IMG/VR virus record: IMGVR_UViG_3300008267_001293
Coordinates: 1 to 26,073 of that record
Direction: 5' to 3' (one strand)
DNA from: a virus
Taxonomy: Duplodnaviria; Caudoviricetes
DNA: 26,073 bases
In this document: piece by piece, positions 25,586 through 26,073 of the stretch
How positions within the stretch are numbered: the stretch's first letter is position 1
Layout of the letters: each line of letters opens with the position of its first letter
Notes under the pieces: generated by a model
Told to the model about the DNA's origin: nothing
The model's database searches: none
What the model saw: the letters and a program-made list of their open reading frames with translations, nothing else
Position numbers and translations under genes: made by a program

Positions 25586-26073
25586 ATCAACTGTTTCAAG
25601 GCGATTGTTTAGAGATTATGTCCACACTTCCTGATGGTTGTGTGGATATGGTCTTTTGTGATTTACCCTATGGGACTACTCAGAATGAGTGGGATTGTTT
25701 GATTCCATTTGATCAACTATGGGAACAGTATCATCGTGTCGTGAAGGAAAATGGTGCGATTGTGCTGACTGCTCAACCACCCTTTGATAAGGTGCTTGCT
25801 TGTTCCAATCTGAAATATTTCAAGTATGAATGGATCTGGGAAAAGAACAAGGCAACTGGTCATCTAAATGCAAAGAAGATGCCGATGAAAGCACACGAAA
25901 ATGTGCTGGTGTTTTATCGCAAGTTGCCAACATATAATCCCCAAATGACACAAGGGCATAAACCGATGAACGCGGTGCTGCCGAAGGACCAGTTGCCCCC
26001 TCCCGACAGAAAACGCAATTATAACCATGTTGAGAAGCGTCTGGGCAATCCTGGTGGTTCAACTACACGATAT
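25582..26073 (+). CDS. N6-adenine/N4-cytosine DNA methyltransferase, beta class (3' end runs off the window)
   Basis: Not in the ORF track: MNQLFQGDCLEIMSTLPDGCVDMVFCDLPYGTTQNEWD...FKYEWIWEK...HENVLVFY. DLPY catalytic motif. ATGA overlap with the helicase stop. Confidence 0.9.
   Translation, partial: MNQLFQGDCLEIMSTLPDGCVDMVFCDLPYGTTQNEWDCLIPFDQLWEQYHRVVKENGAIVLTAQPPFDKVLACSNLKYFKYEWIWEKNKATGHLNAKKMPMKAHENVLVFYRKLPTYNPQMTQGHKPMNAVLPKDQLPPPDRKRNYNHVEKRLGNPGGSTTRY

Noticed and set aside
1-26073. Stop-codon reassignment
   Set aside because: Genes are full length under the standard code, TAA, TAG and TGA all end genes, and no suppressor tRNA is present.

Overview
A 26-kb segment of a T4-like (myovirus) cyanophage genome, Kyanoviridae-like. 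The assignment comes from recognised protein families and promoter motifs, not from a search. Positions 1-12449 are a tail/baseplate block: gp48, gp2-like, gp4, a tail-tube/gp54-like gene, gp26, gp51, two tandem tape-measure-like proteins (one with lysozyme and M23 domains), a gp27-like hub, gp5, a separate spike-like gene and a fibre/Gly-rich pair. Positions 12446-13518 are a small island with sigma70-type promoters, a Phd/YefM-like gene and three tRNAs (Ile-UAU, Met-CAU, Leu-UAA). Positions 13555-23135 hold a giant fibre protein with a frameshifted S74 chaperone, a second fibre, a Gly/Cys-rich adhesin-like protein and a Cys-rich protein. Two 2OG-Fe(II) oxygenases, an SF2 helicase and a DNA methyltransferase close the window. 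The best new observation is an apparent programmed -1 ribosomal frameshift signal: T_TTT_TTC, a 5-nt spacer and an 11-bp hairpin that would fuse gp26 to the small gp51 ORF just upstream of the tape-measure-like genes, like lambda G/GT. Three lesions in structural genes (two apparent in-frame deletions and one +1 frameshift) may be assembly errors and need read-level checking.
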